DNA of 63,021 nt, filler included, from Octopus bimaculoides (GCF_001194135.2; 3 parts of 3 records of this genome joined end to end with filler, not necessarily neighbours in it); one strand, 5' to 3'; numbered from the whole stretch's first letter, positions 11,166 to 23,839 are shown. The notes: generated from the letters alone by a model not told the origin. A program made the numbers and translations.

Positions 11166-11659
11166 TTGTATAAAGAAAAAAAAAAAGAAAAAGAAAAAGC
11201 AATAACTAAAAATGCTAGCTTCTTACCAATATTTGTCCAATGTTGTAGAAGCGTAACCAAGGACTCACGATTGATCCGCTGGATCAAAGAATCTGGACAA
11301 ATAATTACATTTAGTTTGCCTTCACCATTTCAAAGGCTATACTAAGCACTTGAACATCTAATGGTGTACTATTTTAGGCGCTATGCAGTACTCTAGGTAT
11401 TTTTGCCAGTTTATTCTTGTATGTTATCCTGGTTATAGTCACACGGGATTTCAAAAAATCTACCGATTAAGGGACGAATGGCATTATTACGTTGCTCTTA
11501 TGTACCTTTATGTACAAGGGTGTCTGTTTCTTTTTGTATGTTTTTTTTTAATCAAGGCCCATTGGGTGATATGGTGGAGTTATTTTCTGGATGTATTGCT
11601 GATAACATTGAAACTGCTGCTGCTGTTGTTGTTCATGATGGTGTTTTTAAGATGAGGAC

Positions 11660-11790
11660 TTGATACCATCATTAGAGCGTCAGACAAAATGTCATGCAGC
11701 ATTTGTTCCGGCTCTTAATTTACTTTGGAATCAAATGCTCCGATATCAACTGTGTATTTTACAATTTTCGGCTCGATAGAATATAATAAT
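11660..11790 (+). mobile_element. Degenerate SINE family A copy
   Basis: CATTAGAGCGTCAGACAAAATG...ATCAAATGCTCC...TTTTCGGCTCGATAGAATA. Confidence 0.45.
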
Positions 11791-12104
11791 GATAACGTAG
11801 TGAACTGACAGGAGGCAAAATCAACTGCTAATCTGTATGAGTATACAATGGGACGCTAAAGCAGAATGGAGCCCAAATCTCCAGCACAGGCTGAAGTGCT
11901 TCAGTGATTGCAGTACACTGCCACCACGGAACAATATCTATCTATATCAGCTTCTATGACTGGCAACAAAACGCTCACACACACACACTCATGCACATCC
12001 ATACACACATATATGCTCACATGTCCCATATTTCACTGACAAACATTCTCTTCTCAAAAGCAGATGATCCCATTAAAGGGTGTAGCACAAAAGAAAAAAA
12101 GTTG

Positions 12105-12680
12105 TGCTTCTTAATGGTGATGATGATAAAGATGTGAACTATGGAGGTCTTGCTATTAATTTTTTTTATCTAATAGCTTCGGGGTTTTCAATGATATTAT
12201 TGTTATTTTTATTACTGGTATTGTTCTGTCTGTTATTAGTCGTACTGGTAATGGGTGGTGATAGTGGTGACTGTGCTGATAATGTTATTAATTTTAACTA
12301 GAAATATCGGCTCCTTCAACACATTAGTGGTTGTTGTAGTTGTAACCCTTGCCTTTGTTGTTGTTGTTTCAGCTGCTGCTGTTGCTAAAGATGGTGGATG
12401 TAGTGATATTGCTGGTGGCGCTGAAAGCGTTAGTAGTTACAGAAATGCTGCTTTTAATTTTCGATACGACTCGCTATTCTTCGTGGTTATCATTGGTTCG
12501 TTATCGCGACTCGTTGTCGTTGTTGTTGTTATGGTTATTGATGGTGGCGATGTTGGATATTGTGGTGATATTACTATTAATTTTAACTGATGATGTTGTT
12601 TACAACAGCTTAGTTATTGTTGCTGCTAATGTTGAACTTTCAAGCCCCTTTCTATGTTGTTGTGATAATATTGACTTCTA
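12105..12680. repeat. Degenerate tandem repeat, about 4 units of 123-166 bp, GGT/GTT-rich
   Basis: The anchor ATTAATTTTAACT or a variant occurs at 12155, 12287, 12453 and 12576, with a related single unit at 10134. Confidence 0.55.
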
Positions 12681-12689
12681 AGTTTGGCG

Positions 12690-12860
12690 TAAGGCCATAC
12701 ATTGTCAGAAGGGTGTAGTCGATTATTATTTGATCAAACACCGAGTGATGAAAGACACAGTCGACTTCACAGAGATTTGAATTCAGCCTGAAAAGAGACT
12801 TGACTAAATTCAGCAAAGCACTTATCCAGCAATCTACTGCGTATCCTTCTCCGTCACCAT
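12690..12860 (-). mobile_element. Degenerate SINE family A copy
   Basis: GTAGTCGATTA...GATGAAAGACACAGTCGACTTC...ATTTGAATTCAG on + is the reverse complement of the SINE A core and B box. Confidence 0.55.
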
Positions 12861-13271
12861 AATACAAGTGACAATGTTGATCATAGAGACCCATTGTTAG
12901 TTAACACCCCATCGTGTCTGCAAACATAATGTAACCAAGGCTACACTATCCATTAGGTCCTCATTGTTTGAGACAGTAAAGCAAAATTTGAAGGGGATTT
13001 GGTTGATATATCTCGCCGGTCGAGTCACCACTTAGAGAGTCAGCTCAGATAAAATTAATGTATAGTGTTGTTTATAATAGTTATTAACGCGATTTTACTC
13101 CCTGGGCAAGCATGGGTGTCATTAAGTGCATGAAAGACGATTTAATGCTAGAAAATTACCGGGTCTATTGTAAGTAGCTCTTTATACAGGTGGAAATGAT
13201 CTCAGTTCTTGCAGCCAAGAGATCAAACATAGACTTACCAATGACACCAAACCTTCACCACCGAACATAAC

Positions 13272-13319
13272 CGCCGCCGCCGCCGCCGCCACCACCACCA
13301 CCACCACCACCACCACCAC

Positions 13320-13378
<59 letters not shown>
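13272..13378. repeat. (CCG)n-(CCA)n-(CTA)n compound microsatellite
   Basis: Directly visible. Confidence 0.95.
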
Positions 13379-14661
13379 GTTGCTGTTTGATGTTGCTTAT
13401 AGAATCCTGTAGCATATACATACAACTACAAAGTCTCGAATGTTGATAGTTAAATCTATTAAATGTAATATAACATAATAGGTACCCGTGGTTGTATACG
13501 AACCACTGATTTGTCGACAGCTTTTGTCCTACTCGAGTGATTCATCCACCTTAGACAATCGATATTTATTGAAAATATCGAGTTTAAACAGCGATAATGT
13601 ATCTTACTATTTGCTTTTATAGAGCAGTGTCGTGTAGTGAAAATGTTTCATAATCTAGCGAAACTGCATGTGTGCTGCAGAGCACTGCAGGAATGTTCTG
13701 TAAGGTGTATAGTGCAATGTACTCTAGTAAAGTGGTGTGAAGGTGTGATGCAGCACACTGTTGTATAACTGTTTAAAGGTATAGTGTCGTATAATCTAAT
13801 ATATCTTTCTAAAGGGTTGTGACAGTAATATAATACAAATGCGTAGTTCACTGAATTGTATTGTAACTTTATACAGCTGTGGGAACCGCACTGTAATAAT
13901 TCGATTAGATCTATTACTTCCAAGTGCTATATGGTTATTTATTCAAGTGACAATGTTCCATAGAAGTTATATATTTAAATGTTTTCATTGTTCTGTTTAT
14001 TGTTCCTTTATCCCCCGGCCAACCCTGAGCCAGTACCGTCTAAGGCCATGAGCATAATGGGCAGTTATCAGGGGCCTCTTAGGTCTTGGAGCCCAATTTT
14101 AATCTGTGTGTTGTAGGCTGCTGTCAATAAATACTATCGGTCTGGTGCATTAATTTGCTCGAGATCCTAGAATGTTGCTAATGCGAATCTTCTCTGAGAA
14201 AGTGTATCTATAATTAAGGCTTTCCTGTCTTTTTTATATCATGGTATAATTATACAAGACTCACTTATTCAGTGTCTCCATTCTTTTTTTTTTAATGGTA
14301 TGAGTGTAAGTTTGCCAGCTAATTCTAGTACGTCGAGATATAACCTAGAACTTGTTTTAATCCCAGATCAGCACCAATTGCATATATCTGATAGAAGCTA
14401 TTTCACGCTATTGATAAATATTTCCTGTGTTTTTCAAGCAAACTACCATTCTATTTATGATGGTACAGTGTAACTTAGGAAAGATTTGCCCACTACTTAT
14501 AGGAGGTTGAGCTTACGCGTAGATATTCAATTGTTGGGGGTTGTCTCGCATTATTTGTAGTCATGTGGGTCGTATATCATTGCACCACCTGTAGTTGTTT
14601 CTGCCTCTAATATTTATGTTCCTTTGTGACATACGACCACGTCAATAATTTTAGAAGGTGA

Positions 14662-14889
14662 CGGGTCGTGAGCTGGCAGAATTGTTAGCACGCCGGCGGA
14701 AAAGCTTAGTGGTATTTCGTCTGTATTTACGTTCTGAGTTCAAATTCTACCGAGGTCGACTTTTCCTTTCAGTATCGTTAAACAAGTACCAGTTACGCAC
14801 TGGGGTCGAGGTAATCGGCTTAATCCCTTAGTCTGTCCTTGTTTGTCCCCTCTGTGTTTAGCCTCTTTTGGGCAATAATGAAATAAATG
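14662..14889 (+). mobile_element. Full-length SINE family A copy with 14-bp TSD and alternative tail
   Basis: A box GAGCTGGCAGAATTGTTAG and B box GAGTTCAAATTC. The TSD ATTTTAGAAGGTGA lies at 14648-14661 and 14890-14903. Confidence 0.92.
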
Positions 14890-15369
14890 ATTTTAGAAGG
14901 TGATTAAGAAGTCACTTTAGCCTGTAAATAATATGCAAAGTTTTGTTTTTATGTATTTTTTATTCTATCTTTGCTATTTTGGCATCAATGCGTCTTGAAA
15001 TACATACTGTTTTATATATCTTAGAAAATATGTTATCTAAAGATGAGAATATTCATTGCTCCAAAATATCACAATATCGTAGAATATAATGTTAATTCTG
15101 CGTCGTTGTCCCGGAGAGCCTAGTTCAACAGCTCGGGGTAGTTAGAGCAGGTGCCTGTTTCGATGAAAGGACATCTGACTAGCCATCCTGCTTGCCTCGA
15201 GCCATGGCAGCCAACGGGAGCCAGGGAGGTTAATATATAGAATGTGGAAGAGTGTGGAATACGCGTGAGGACTTGCGACTGTGTGGCGTTAGAGAGCAAG
15301 AGGGGACTCCGAGGCGTTCATTATCATATCAACTGCCCTCTTCTGACCTCGATTGTTAACTTATTTATA

Positions 15370-15582
15370 TTAATATTGCTATGAAAGTTTGGCAGAAGGC
15401 CAAGAATTTTGGGAAAAGAGGCAAGTCGACCCCAGTGCTCAACTGACACTTATTTTAACGACCCCCAAAAGATGAAAGGTAAAGTCGACTTCGGCGGAAT
15501 TTCAAGTCAGAACTTTAAAACAGACGGAATGCTTCTAAGCATTCTGTCCGCAGAGATAACAAATCTGCCAGCTCGCCCTCTT
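15370..15582 (-). mobile_element. SINE family A copy
   Basis: GTCGACCCCAGTGCTCAACTG...GATGAAAGGTAAAGTCGACTTCGGCGGAATTT...CTGCCAGCTCGCC. Confidence 0.88.
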
Positions 15583-15624
15583 GATTTATATTAATATGAA
15601 ATGTCTTTCTTCTCATATTTTTTT

Positions 15625-15812
15625 AAGTCGGTAAGTTGGCAGAACCGTTAGCGGATTTCATCCGTCCTTATGCTCTGAGTTCAAATTCCGCAGCGGTGGA
15701 TTTTGATTTCGTATTTTCGGGGTCGATAAAATAAGTACCAGTTGAGCACTGGAGTCGACTTAACCCATCCAACAAACTTGCTGGCCTTGTTCCATGATTT
15801 AAGACCAACATT
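15625..15812 (+). mobile_element. SINE family A copy
   Basis: TTGGCAGAACCGTTAGC...CTGAGTTCAAATTCCGC...TTCGGGGTCGATAAAATAAGTACCAGTTGAGCACTGG. Confidence 0.88.
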
Positions 15813-16774
15813 AAAAGTACTTTTGTATCACTCTTTATAGCTGCTGGTGGTAGAAGTTAGCTTTCACAGTCAAGGACATTCTAGCTTTTATTCAATTCTG
15901 TGTGGCATTTTGGGCAAATCATTTTCGTAACGGCACCAATTTTTTCATTATAATTGGGTTATCGGAAACTTTGTGGAAGCTTTTTGGATAGATTGTATCT
16001 GTAATTTAAAATTTCTGCCTTGTCACGTTGATCCTTCTGAAGAAGTGCGTGCCTGTACAATGTTGAACCACTTACAAGTTGATTCAATGACGAGAAAAAA
16101 AAAACAGTTCAGATGATTGAAGCAACGAATACACAATCTTTTCAAAAATTATAACTAATACGTTTTTGTTCAAACGCAGAAGATTAAAGATAAAGTAGAA
16201 TCGGGCAAAATTTGAACTCTGAAATAATCAAGCAAGAATGCGTCAGATATTACAAAATATTACGTTCGGCGCCAACACTTATCTACCAACTCATTTTTGC
16301 TATTAATTCTCTCTACAACATTGGCGTCTTCAATAGCAAGTTCTTGTTATTGTTGTCGGTATCTGTTTTCCTTTGTTCATTTTTTTCTATTGTTTTCGAA
16401 GGTAGTAGTCGCCGTAATAGAGTCGATGGTGGCGCAGTTGGTGCTATTAGTGTTGGACTTGTTGGGTTAATAAGATTTAAATAGATCGTGTAACTATATA
16501 ATGTCACGCAGGCAATCAATCAGTTCGTTGCAGTCTTTGATATCGTGGAAGAAACCATTTACATAATGCTGTAACCGCTATTACATGAAAATCAATAAGA
16601 ATAACAATAGCATTATCAACAAGAAAAGTGTTTATAACAAGTAGTAGTAGTACTCATACTAGAGTAATGATAATTTCTAACATAAGCACAAAGCCATAGA
16701 TTTACAGAGAGGAATATAGTAGATTAAATTGACACCAATACTTGACTGGTGTTAGTAATAACAAGAATAACAGT

Positions 16775-16854
16775 TATTTATATAGGCACAAGGACTGAAA
16801 TTTTCTAGCAGTGGCACTAAGTCGATTAAATCGATCCAGTACTTAACTGGTACT
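16775..16854 (-). mobile_element. SINE family A 3' half
   Basis: TATAGGCACAAGGACTGAAATTT...TAAGTCGATTAAATCGATCCAGTACTTAACTGGTAC. Confidence 0.7.
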
Positions 16855-17350
16855 CTCTTTTGTGTGTTTTCTTGTTTTTATCGTTTGGGTTTCAGTTTGT
16901 TCATGTTGTGGCTATTGGGTATCATTTGGTAGTGATTGTGTGGTTGTGTTACTGAAAGAAGGGAACGTTGCTGTTCTGTCAATTTTTCTGGGTTTCCAAT
17001 TTGAACAGCCTTTTCCTCCCTATCCTCCCGTTTACCCGCTACATGCTATCAAAAAATTTCTGGATCAGACAATTGTGAGATGGAGCAGTGCAAGAAATGT
17101 GCATCTAAAACGTCGGAAAATTGAAACTCTATACCGTGTGAGATTTCCCTCACCACTTTGACAATTGTGACCGTATACAGCTCTTAACAGTCCATTTATG
17201 TTTTCAAAATTCGACTTGTAATATCTTGCGAATTTCTGGCGGATGAAAGTCAATGTCGATTCCGACATAATTTGAACTTACAGTACAACAGAACGCAACT
17301 AAGTGTTGAAATGTATTTAATTCACATCTTGCCGATTCTGTCATCCAGGA

Positions 17351-17370
17351 GATGATGGTGATGATGGTGG

Positions 17371-17419
<49 letters not shown>

Positions 17420-17429
17420 AACGATGATG

Positions 17430-17516
<87 letters not shown>

Positions 17517-17517
17517 G
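17351..17517. repeat. (GAT)n-(AAT)n compound microsatellite
   Basis: Directly visible. Confidence 0.95.
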
Positions 17518-19793
17518 TAATATTCTGTTATTCACTAATTTGTTTGGTAGAGCTACGATATTAAAAAGACTAAATTTTCGCCTATCAAAATTACTATGGA
17601 ATGCTCTGTGACCCGGTATTACTAGTCGAAATTGATTGTCAAAACAGCACTCATCACTATATAATCCTAAAACAAGACAAATAAATAATGAAATATAATA
17701 ATTTATAATTGATTATTATTTTGTGTTATTTGCCTCATAGAATAATTAAATAAAAGGAAATAATTTACGACTAGAACTTAATACAAATAATTGTGATGCA
17801 CCGATAAACCTCAACATAGTTTTGGCACATGTATAATAGTTTAAGTTGATTGATCCTTGAATAAGTTAGGTGACGGGCAATAGCGTAATTAATCTTATAT
17901 GACTGATGACATCTGATGAGGTTATTCTCTTGCCTACCTACCCAAGTGCTGCCGATGCAGCTCCTATGGATTGACTGATATTCGTCACTCTGATGTTAAA
18001 TTAACCAACTCAGTTTCTGGAGGCAAATTGACAAATTTAGATTCTCGATCGAATGAAGAAAAGAGATGGTCAGTTCCAGTAGTCTGATTCATTCAAAGAT
18101 ATATTCAATAGTGATTGTTACTTATTTGGGATAGAAGAAACTTCAGGCGATTTGACAGTTTTTTATTCAGTAACACTAATGTAACCGAAATTGGAAACGT
18201 TTCTTCCATAAATGAGTTTAAAAAGTGATTAGCTTCTAAACTTGTTCTTTCGTGACCTTACAGCACATTTTGAGCATTTCCTGTTCGTCTTTTAGGACAA
18301 TTTCATTTCGGTAACCCTCTAAGCGTCCAATAAATTTGCATGAAGCTAGCCCCAATGTTAGAGTCCGCAAAATGTTTACAATAAGTTTATTTCCTTTTTT
18401 GATACCAACTAACTGTTGGTCTCTGTGCAGATGAAAATAATTTCTATGGGCTGCTTGGTTTTCGCAGATATAGAAATAATAAGCATCAGCTTAATTTTCC
18501 CTATGTCTCCCAAAGAATATTTCGTAACACAGGGATTAACAAATCACTTGAAATGAATTCGAACACCTGAAAGTGAAAAACAAGATGCATAATATTTAGT
18601 ATCACTTAAGATACAGACGAGCATCTATTTCTTATCAAATATTTCATATACATTAATTACACAAAGTCATACCTCTTGAGGTGCTACAAATATCATAAAA
18701 ATACTTAACGTTAATACTATTGTTTACAAATATAAAATGCGTACAGCGTATTTACAGACGTATAAAAATGTATGTTGTATTTAAACATGTATTCCCTTTC
18801 ATGATATTTATAAAGTTGTCATAACTAATAGTTTAAAATATATTAAGATTCGTTCTTACGTATATATCGCATTATGATAAACATTCTTGATATGTTAAAC
18901 ATTAGAGAAAACTCAAAATTCTACAAAGGATCATAAATTGCATACGAAACAGGCAATAGAAATATGTCTCGAGTCTATTCTGGTAAGGCAGATAAAAAAT
19001 TTTGCGCTTAATTTGAAAAAGGAAAATGCTGAACGTCTGGCAATGTAGCTATTTACAGTTAATCTATAGACTAGAAAATCTTGTTTGAATACTTGTTGTA
19101 AGAATACACAGGTTGAAAATCCAAATTGTTCTTGGCGGGATCTGAATGTGATATTAGTAAAAGCTAGAACAGTACTTACGCATTCATGTTTGATCTCTTC
19201 CAGATTTCAACAACTTATATTATCTATCTGATAATAGAAATGTTAGACAAAGTGACAACGATTACTTACTAACTGACAATTTAATAGCTGCATTTGCTAG
19301 AAAAAGAGTAAAGTTGAATTGTTAATTACATCAAGGGTTTTAATACGTGAATTTTCAGTTTTCTATGTGAAATATTCAAACATACTCGACATTCTGTGTA
19401 CAAACCAAAGCCGCCATTACATCGTTTCATAAAATTCTTTAATATTCCGATAACTATTTCAATAGAAGGAAGATTTGAAAGAAAAGTGATATCACTCGTA
19501 TTTCATAATAAGGATGGGTATTTTTTCAAAGGCGCATTGCCTTTTCAGATGCTATGTTCCTTCTCTATTACCCGCACGCCATTCAAATCTGTGAATTCGT
19601 ATTGAAGATTGCTTTCTTCTTATTTCCGTGTGCGAAGTTATTAATATCCTGTTGTTTCTTGCAGAATTACTCGGAGCGGAAGTTATCCATCAAAACCTTA
19701 TGCACTCTTCTTATACATGTATGTGCTTGTGTGTTCCTAATATGTTGTATGTATGTGTGAATAAGTGTGCGTGTATTTCACGTTGTATCTAAT

Positions 19794-19881
<88 letters not shown>

Positions 19882-20127
19882 CACTCACATGCACATAGAC
19901 ACACACGTATGTATGTGTGTGTGTATATATATATNNNNNNNNNNNNNNNNNACACAAGCATCTGCTACACACGCTTATATATTAAAATATTAATATATCT
20001 ACGAACAGATATATACACGTATTTTTATTTGTTTCTCTAAGTCTATTTCATTTCAGTTCCCTCACATACACAAACGAATGAAGGATGCACAAGTACGGGT
20101 ACACGCGCGCTCACACACGCACACACA

Positions 20128-20169
<42 letters not shown>

Positions 20170-20974
20170 CATACACACAATTCTTGTCTTTATACTAATG
20201 TATTGTCAGTGATGTCCACACTAGTGCACCACCTGATATATGTTACGCTCTTTTGTTTCTGATATTTCAATGCATGCGTGTGTATGTTTTTAATTGATGT
20301 ACCATGGAGTTGCTCGAGGCTGATTATAACCTGCTGGATGTGGTTCATCTGGGATAAGGGAAGAAAATATTTACAGATAAAATTTAATATCTTCAGCTAG
20401 AGTCGCTGTCACGTTTCTGATTTATTTAGGTAAATAATTAAGTAACGGTAGGCCACCTTAAGGCAAGACTGCTTGTAATATATTCTGTTTACTTAGTTGT
20501 CAGCTTATGCAGCCTTTGGTAATTCACCAAATTGTTTTGTTCTCTGATTTATCCGATGGTCTATATGGAAATTTAATATATTATTCACCAGAATATTGTA
20601 ATATACACAAATGTGGATGATAGCGTGTTTGTCCCTCCTGTATATGCAAGATTTCCTTTAGATTTTGTAGATTATCTCTTCTGATTATCTTATTTCAGTG
20701 AATGTTTTGCAAGCAACAAAAACAATTTAAAGAAATGAAACGTCGATATTAATATTGTTACAAAAATTGTACTTGGAATTAATCCAGCACAAACAATTAC
20801 CAAAGCACTGCCTTATATTATTTAACAGTTTGCATTTCAAAATAATCCATATTTTCTATTCTTTCGTTCTTTTTTTTAAACATAGCGTGACAGCTGCGTA
20901 CTGGTGGCTCAGAGCAGAAATCTGCTATTTTCTATCATCACTTTATTCAATTGTTTAAATTAAGTGATCCTTTT

Positions 20975-21900
20975 GAAACGGTCGGGCAATTGAGATATTA
21001 GTTCGACAGACTGTTGCGAATCCCACTAGAAGAACACGAAGTACTACTAAAAGCCGATGACAGTAGCTGAAATACGCGAAGTGGTGAAAAGTTAACCGAT
21101 GTGCAAATCGCCATGTCTGTATGGACTGTGCTGCTACCTGAAAGAATAAATGATAAACTTATTCAGTGACCTCTTGGTGAACGCTCACCGCAACTAGTAA
21201 ACAAATGGAAAAAATCTTATTTTTGTGAACTAGAGATTGGCAGCTCATTTGAGAAACATTGCGAGAAAGGAGATTGTAACTAGCAATTTCAGGCCCACGA
21301 CTCTGTTCAGAATTTAGACCAAAGAGTTTACAATGAAGATGGCACTTGTCACTGGTGATTCGGGGGTGATTTAAGCGAGGAAGTACAAAACACCTGAACT
21401 TCATGCAAAGATCATAAAAAATATTACTATTAAACTTAGCTTAGGTGATGCATGATCAAATTGTATCAATCAAAAGTTTTCGATAGACTCGCTCATCGCT
21501 ACTCCTGGGAGCAGTAATCAAATAAATTACTTCAGCTTTGGTTCGTTTTCAGAGACTGGATCTGCTCAGTGGTCAGAAGGAAGAGGTACATCTCAGTTGT
21601 GCTTTGAATTGCTTGATCGGTCTATCCAGTGTGCTCTCTCTTTCTTTCAACCCGTAGCCTCTCTCTCCCACTCCTGTAGAGGCGATAGCTGTTGAATGGC
21701 GTCGATTTCGGACCTGGGTATCGGAAAGCTGTGGCAGAATAGGCAGAAGATGCCGCAGCATTAGCATCAGACACAGCGAAAATGGACATCATTCTGGAGG
21801 AATATGTGGCCGTAGTAAGACCAAACACCTAACGTACAAGTATGCTAGCATGGCAAAATCCATGTTGGAAAACTATTTCCAATGCTGTTTGATCTGCTGT
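20975..21900 (+). mobile_element. Tx1/L1-like LINE reverse transcriptase fragment, degenerate
   Basis: The RT motifs appear in order across frameshifts: TVAEIREVV..CKSPCLYGL, LFSDLL, NFRPTTL (NFRPITL), LYQSKVFDRLAHRY (LDQSKAFDRVDH), PLSP (QGCPLSP) and AEDAAAL (YADD). Confidence 0.8.
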
Positions 21901-21989
21901 GACTATTATTACTAGTAGGATTAGTTTTAATTCCATGGAATGGAAAGAAATTAAGAAGACCTATTCAAGAAAGAAAGGGTGATTTGCAT

Positions 21990-22200
21990 TTTTATAGCGT
22001 TCATAGTTTAGCCATCTTTAAATACTCTTCACATTTGTCAACATTCATCTCCTCACGTCTCCGTCTGTGTTGTCTATTTCCTCTTTTTATTATATTTTCT
22101 CGCTGTTCCTCTCTGATCCATGTTCTATATCTGTGGATCCTTTCTCGGACAGCTTGCAGCCGTGTTTTTTGTGAATCCAGAGTACACAAATATCAATTTT
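21990..22200 (-). mobile_element. Possible RTE-like LINE tether-region remnant
   Basis: LQAVRERIHRYRTWIREEQRE...RRREEMNVDKCEEYLK resembles the charged helical linker between EN and RT. Confidence 0.35.
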
Positions 22201-22308
22201 TAAACGAGCAGACGATAAATAATTGCACTTATGCGTATGTGATGATCAGAATGAAAAAATTAGTTCAATAAGAAAATATTTTTCAATATCAGCACACCAC
22301 CACCGCAG

Positions 22309-22348
<40 letters not shown>

Positions 22349-22990
22349 TCTCTCCCTTGTTCATCTCTCTCTATCTACCTTTCCCTTCTGATAACTTTCT
22401 CACCACGTAATAAGTATTCCTTTCTCACCATACCGTACGTCGTTAACACTCCCTGCTCTCTCTTCTTGTCTCGTCTTTTACTCTCGTTCTTCGCCTCTAC
22501 CTTCAGTTGACCACGTGACCATTTGGCCTAAGGGCATTGATATTAATCACCTTTATCTACTTCATCCCCTCTTCTTTCTTCGCTCCTGTCTCTCACTCTT
22601 ACTCCACCGTTCACTCATTTCACCTCCACCTCTCTTACTATCTAATGTATAACGGGTGAACGAACAAGCAAATTATTATATAGATAATATCACAGAAACA
22701 AGTGCTCCTCAACCACGAATGAAGATGCGAGCAAGGGGGATGTAATATAGAAGATTCGTTATTTACTTCTGAATTGCGAAATCCACAGTGAATTTCCATT
22801 TCCTTTCCAATGAGTAATTGGAGGTAGTTCTTGTCGACACTTGGAGGAAAATCTCCGACAAACTAATGGGGTTGAAATATGATGATATACATTGTTTACA
22901 TAACTAAGCAGAATTTCAATTAGTATGTAAAACACCTGCTTATAAATGGTACTAGAGTACAGAAGAATAGAATGGCTACCATAAAAGACA

Positions 22991-23064
22991 TTGATGAAAA
23001 CGTCAACGTATGGAGTTTGATGAGAACGTCAACGTATGGACTACGCTACGAACGTAGCGTAGTC
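22991..23064. repeat. 24-bp direct repeat pair followed by a perfect 12-bp stem-loop
   Basis: TTGATGA(A/G)AACGTCAACGTATGGA at 22991 and 23017, then GACTACGCTACG-AA-CGTAGCGTAGTC at 23039-23064. Confidence 0.9.
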
Positions 23065-23394
23065 TGGAAAGGTGTTCAGTATCGACGTAGTAGTCAGCAA
23101 CATGTAGTCGAATGTTGGGTTGGTGTCATCATAGACGCGCAAATCGTCATAACTTAACAAAACCACAGAGTATGCAAGAGTTAGGCTTTGTAGGAGTTGC
23201 TGAATGAAATGCTTTAAATTTCTTGTCGCGTTAAAAAACAGACATGTTAAAGATGTGACAGTAAAAGTAACTTAATGACTTTCTACTTTGAAAAAAGGAA
23301 AATGAAATATAAAACGATTACAACATTAATTATCTTTGAAAGTGCTGATTCTGGGGTGGCGCTAACAATTTTAGCAAGGTTACACGGACTCCAT

Positions 23395-23515
23395 TAATTT
23401 ATCGGTCTCTAAATGAGGAAAAGCAAAGCTGATCTCGGGTGATATATCAGCACAGAACGTAAAAAGCCGGAAGAAATGCCTCTGGAACTTTTGTCCGTTG
23501 CGCTAACGATTCCGT
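23395..23515 (-). mobile_element. Degenerate SINE family A copy
   Basis: TTTATCGGTCTC...AAAGCAAAGCTGATCTCGG...CAGAACGTAAA...GCGCTAACGATTCC. Confidence 0.6.
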
Positions 23516-23839
23516 AATGAAATATGATATTCCTGCACCACCGGGTTCACTCACGTGTTTTTGATTTGTGTGTAGCATTGTCATTTTGTAATGTAGAATT
23601 ATATTTGTAAACTCCATTAGTGACTGGTCTTATATAAGTACGTCTTCTGTTTTGTGGTGTTTGCATTTTCTACATACATCGTGATTGGTATTATGTGCGT
23701 AAGTATCGGGTATGTAATTGTGTAGAGTATGTTCTGTGTGCATTATGTTATATTAATGGGTGACAACAGTGTAGAAAATGAAGTGTATGATTTGTTGGTG
23801 TTAGAGAGTCGGGTGCTTGTTATGTATATGTATCCGTTG

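Noticed and set aside
14028-14090. CAGTACCGTCTAAGG...GGGGCC resembling a hAT-type terminus (similar at about 5240)
   Set aside because: No partner TIR or 8-bp TSD was found.
14662-14760. tRNA-like A and B boxes
   Set aside because: These are SINE heads. No cloverleaf is present and the same body recurs many times.
15100-15350. GC-richer coding-like patch
   Set aside because: Probably a retroelement remnant, but I could not match any motif convincingly.
21658-21815. Apparent host exon with a strong polypyrimidine acceptor (PLSPTPVEAIAVEWRRFRTW...) and a GTAAG donor
   Set aside because: It lies in register within a Tx1-like RT remnant (NFRP, DQSKAFDR, PLSP and YADD-like motifs in order), so it is decayed LINE sequence.
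22991-23070. CRISPR-like, hammerhead or C/D snoRNA reading of the TGATGA repeats
   Set aside because: Only two units with a 2-bp spacer in a eukaryotic context. Hammerhead core spacing does not fit, and no properly placed D box or terminal stem is present.
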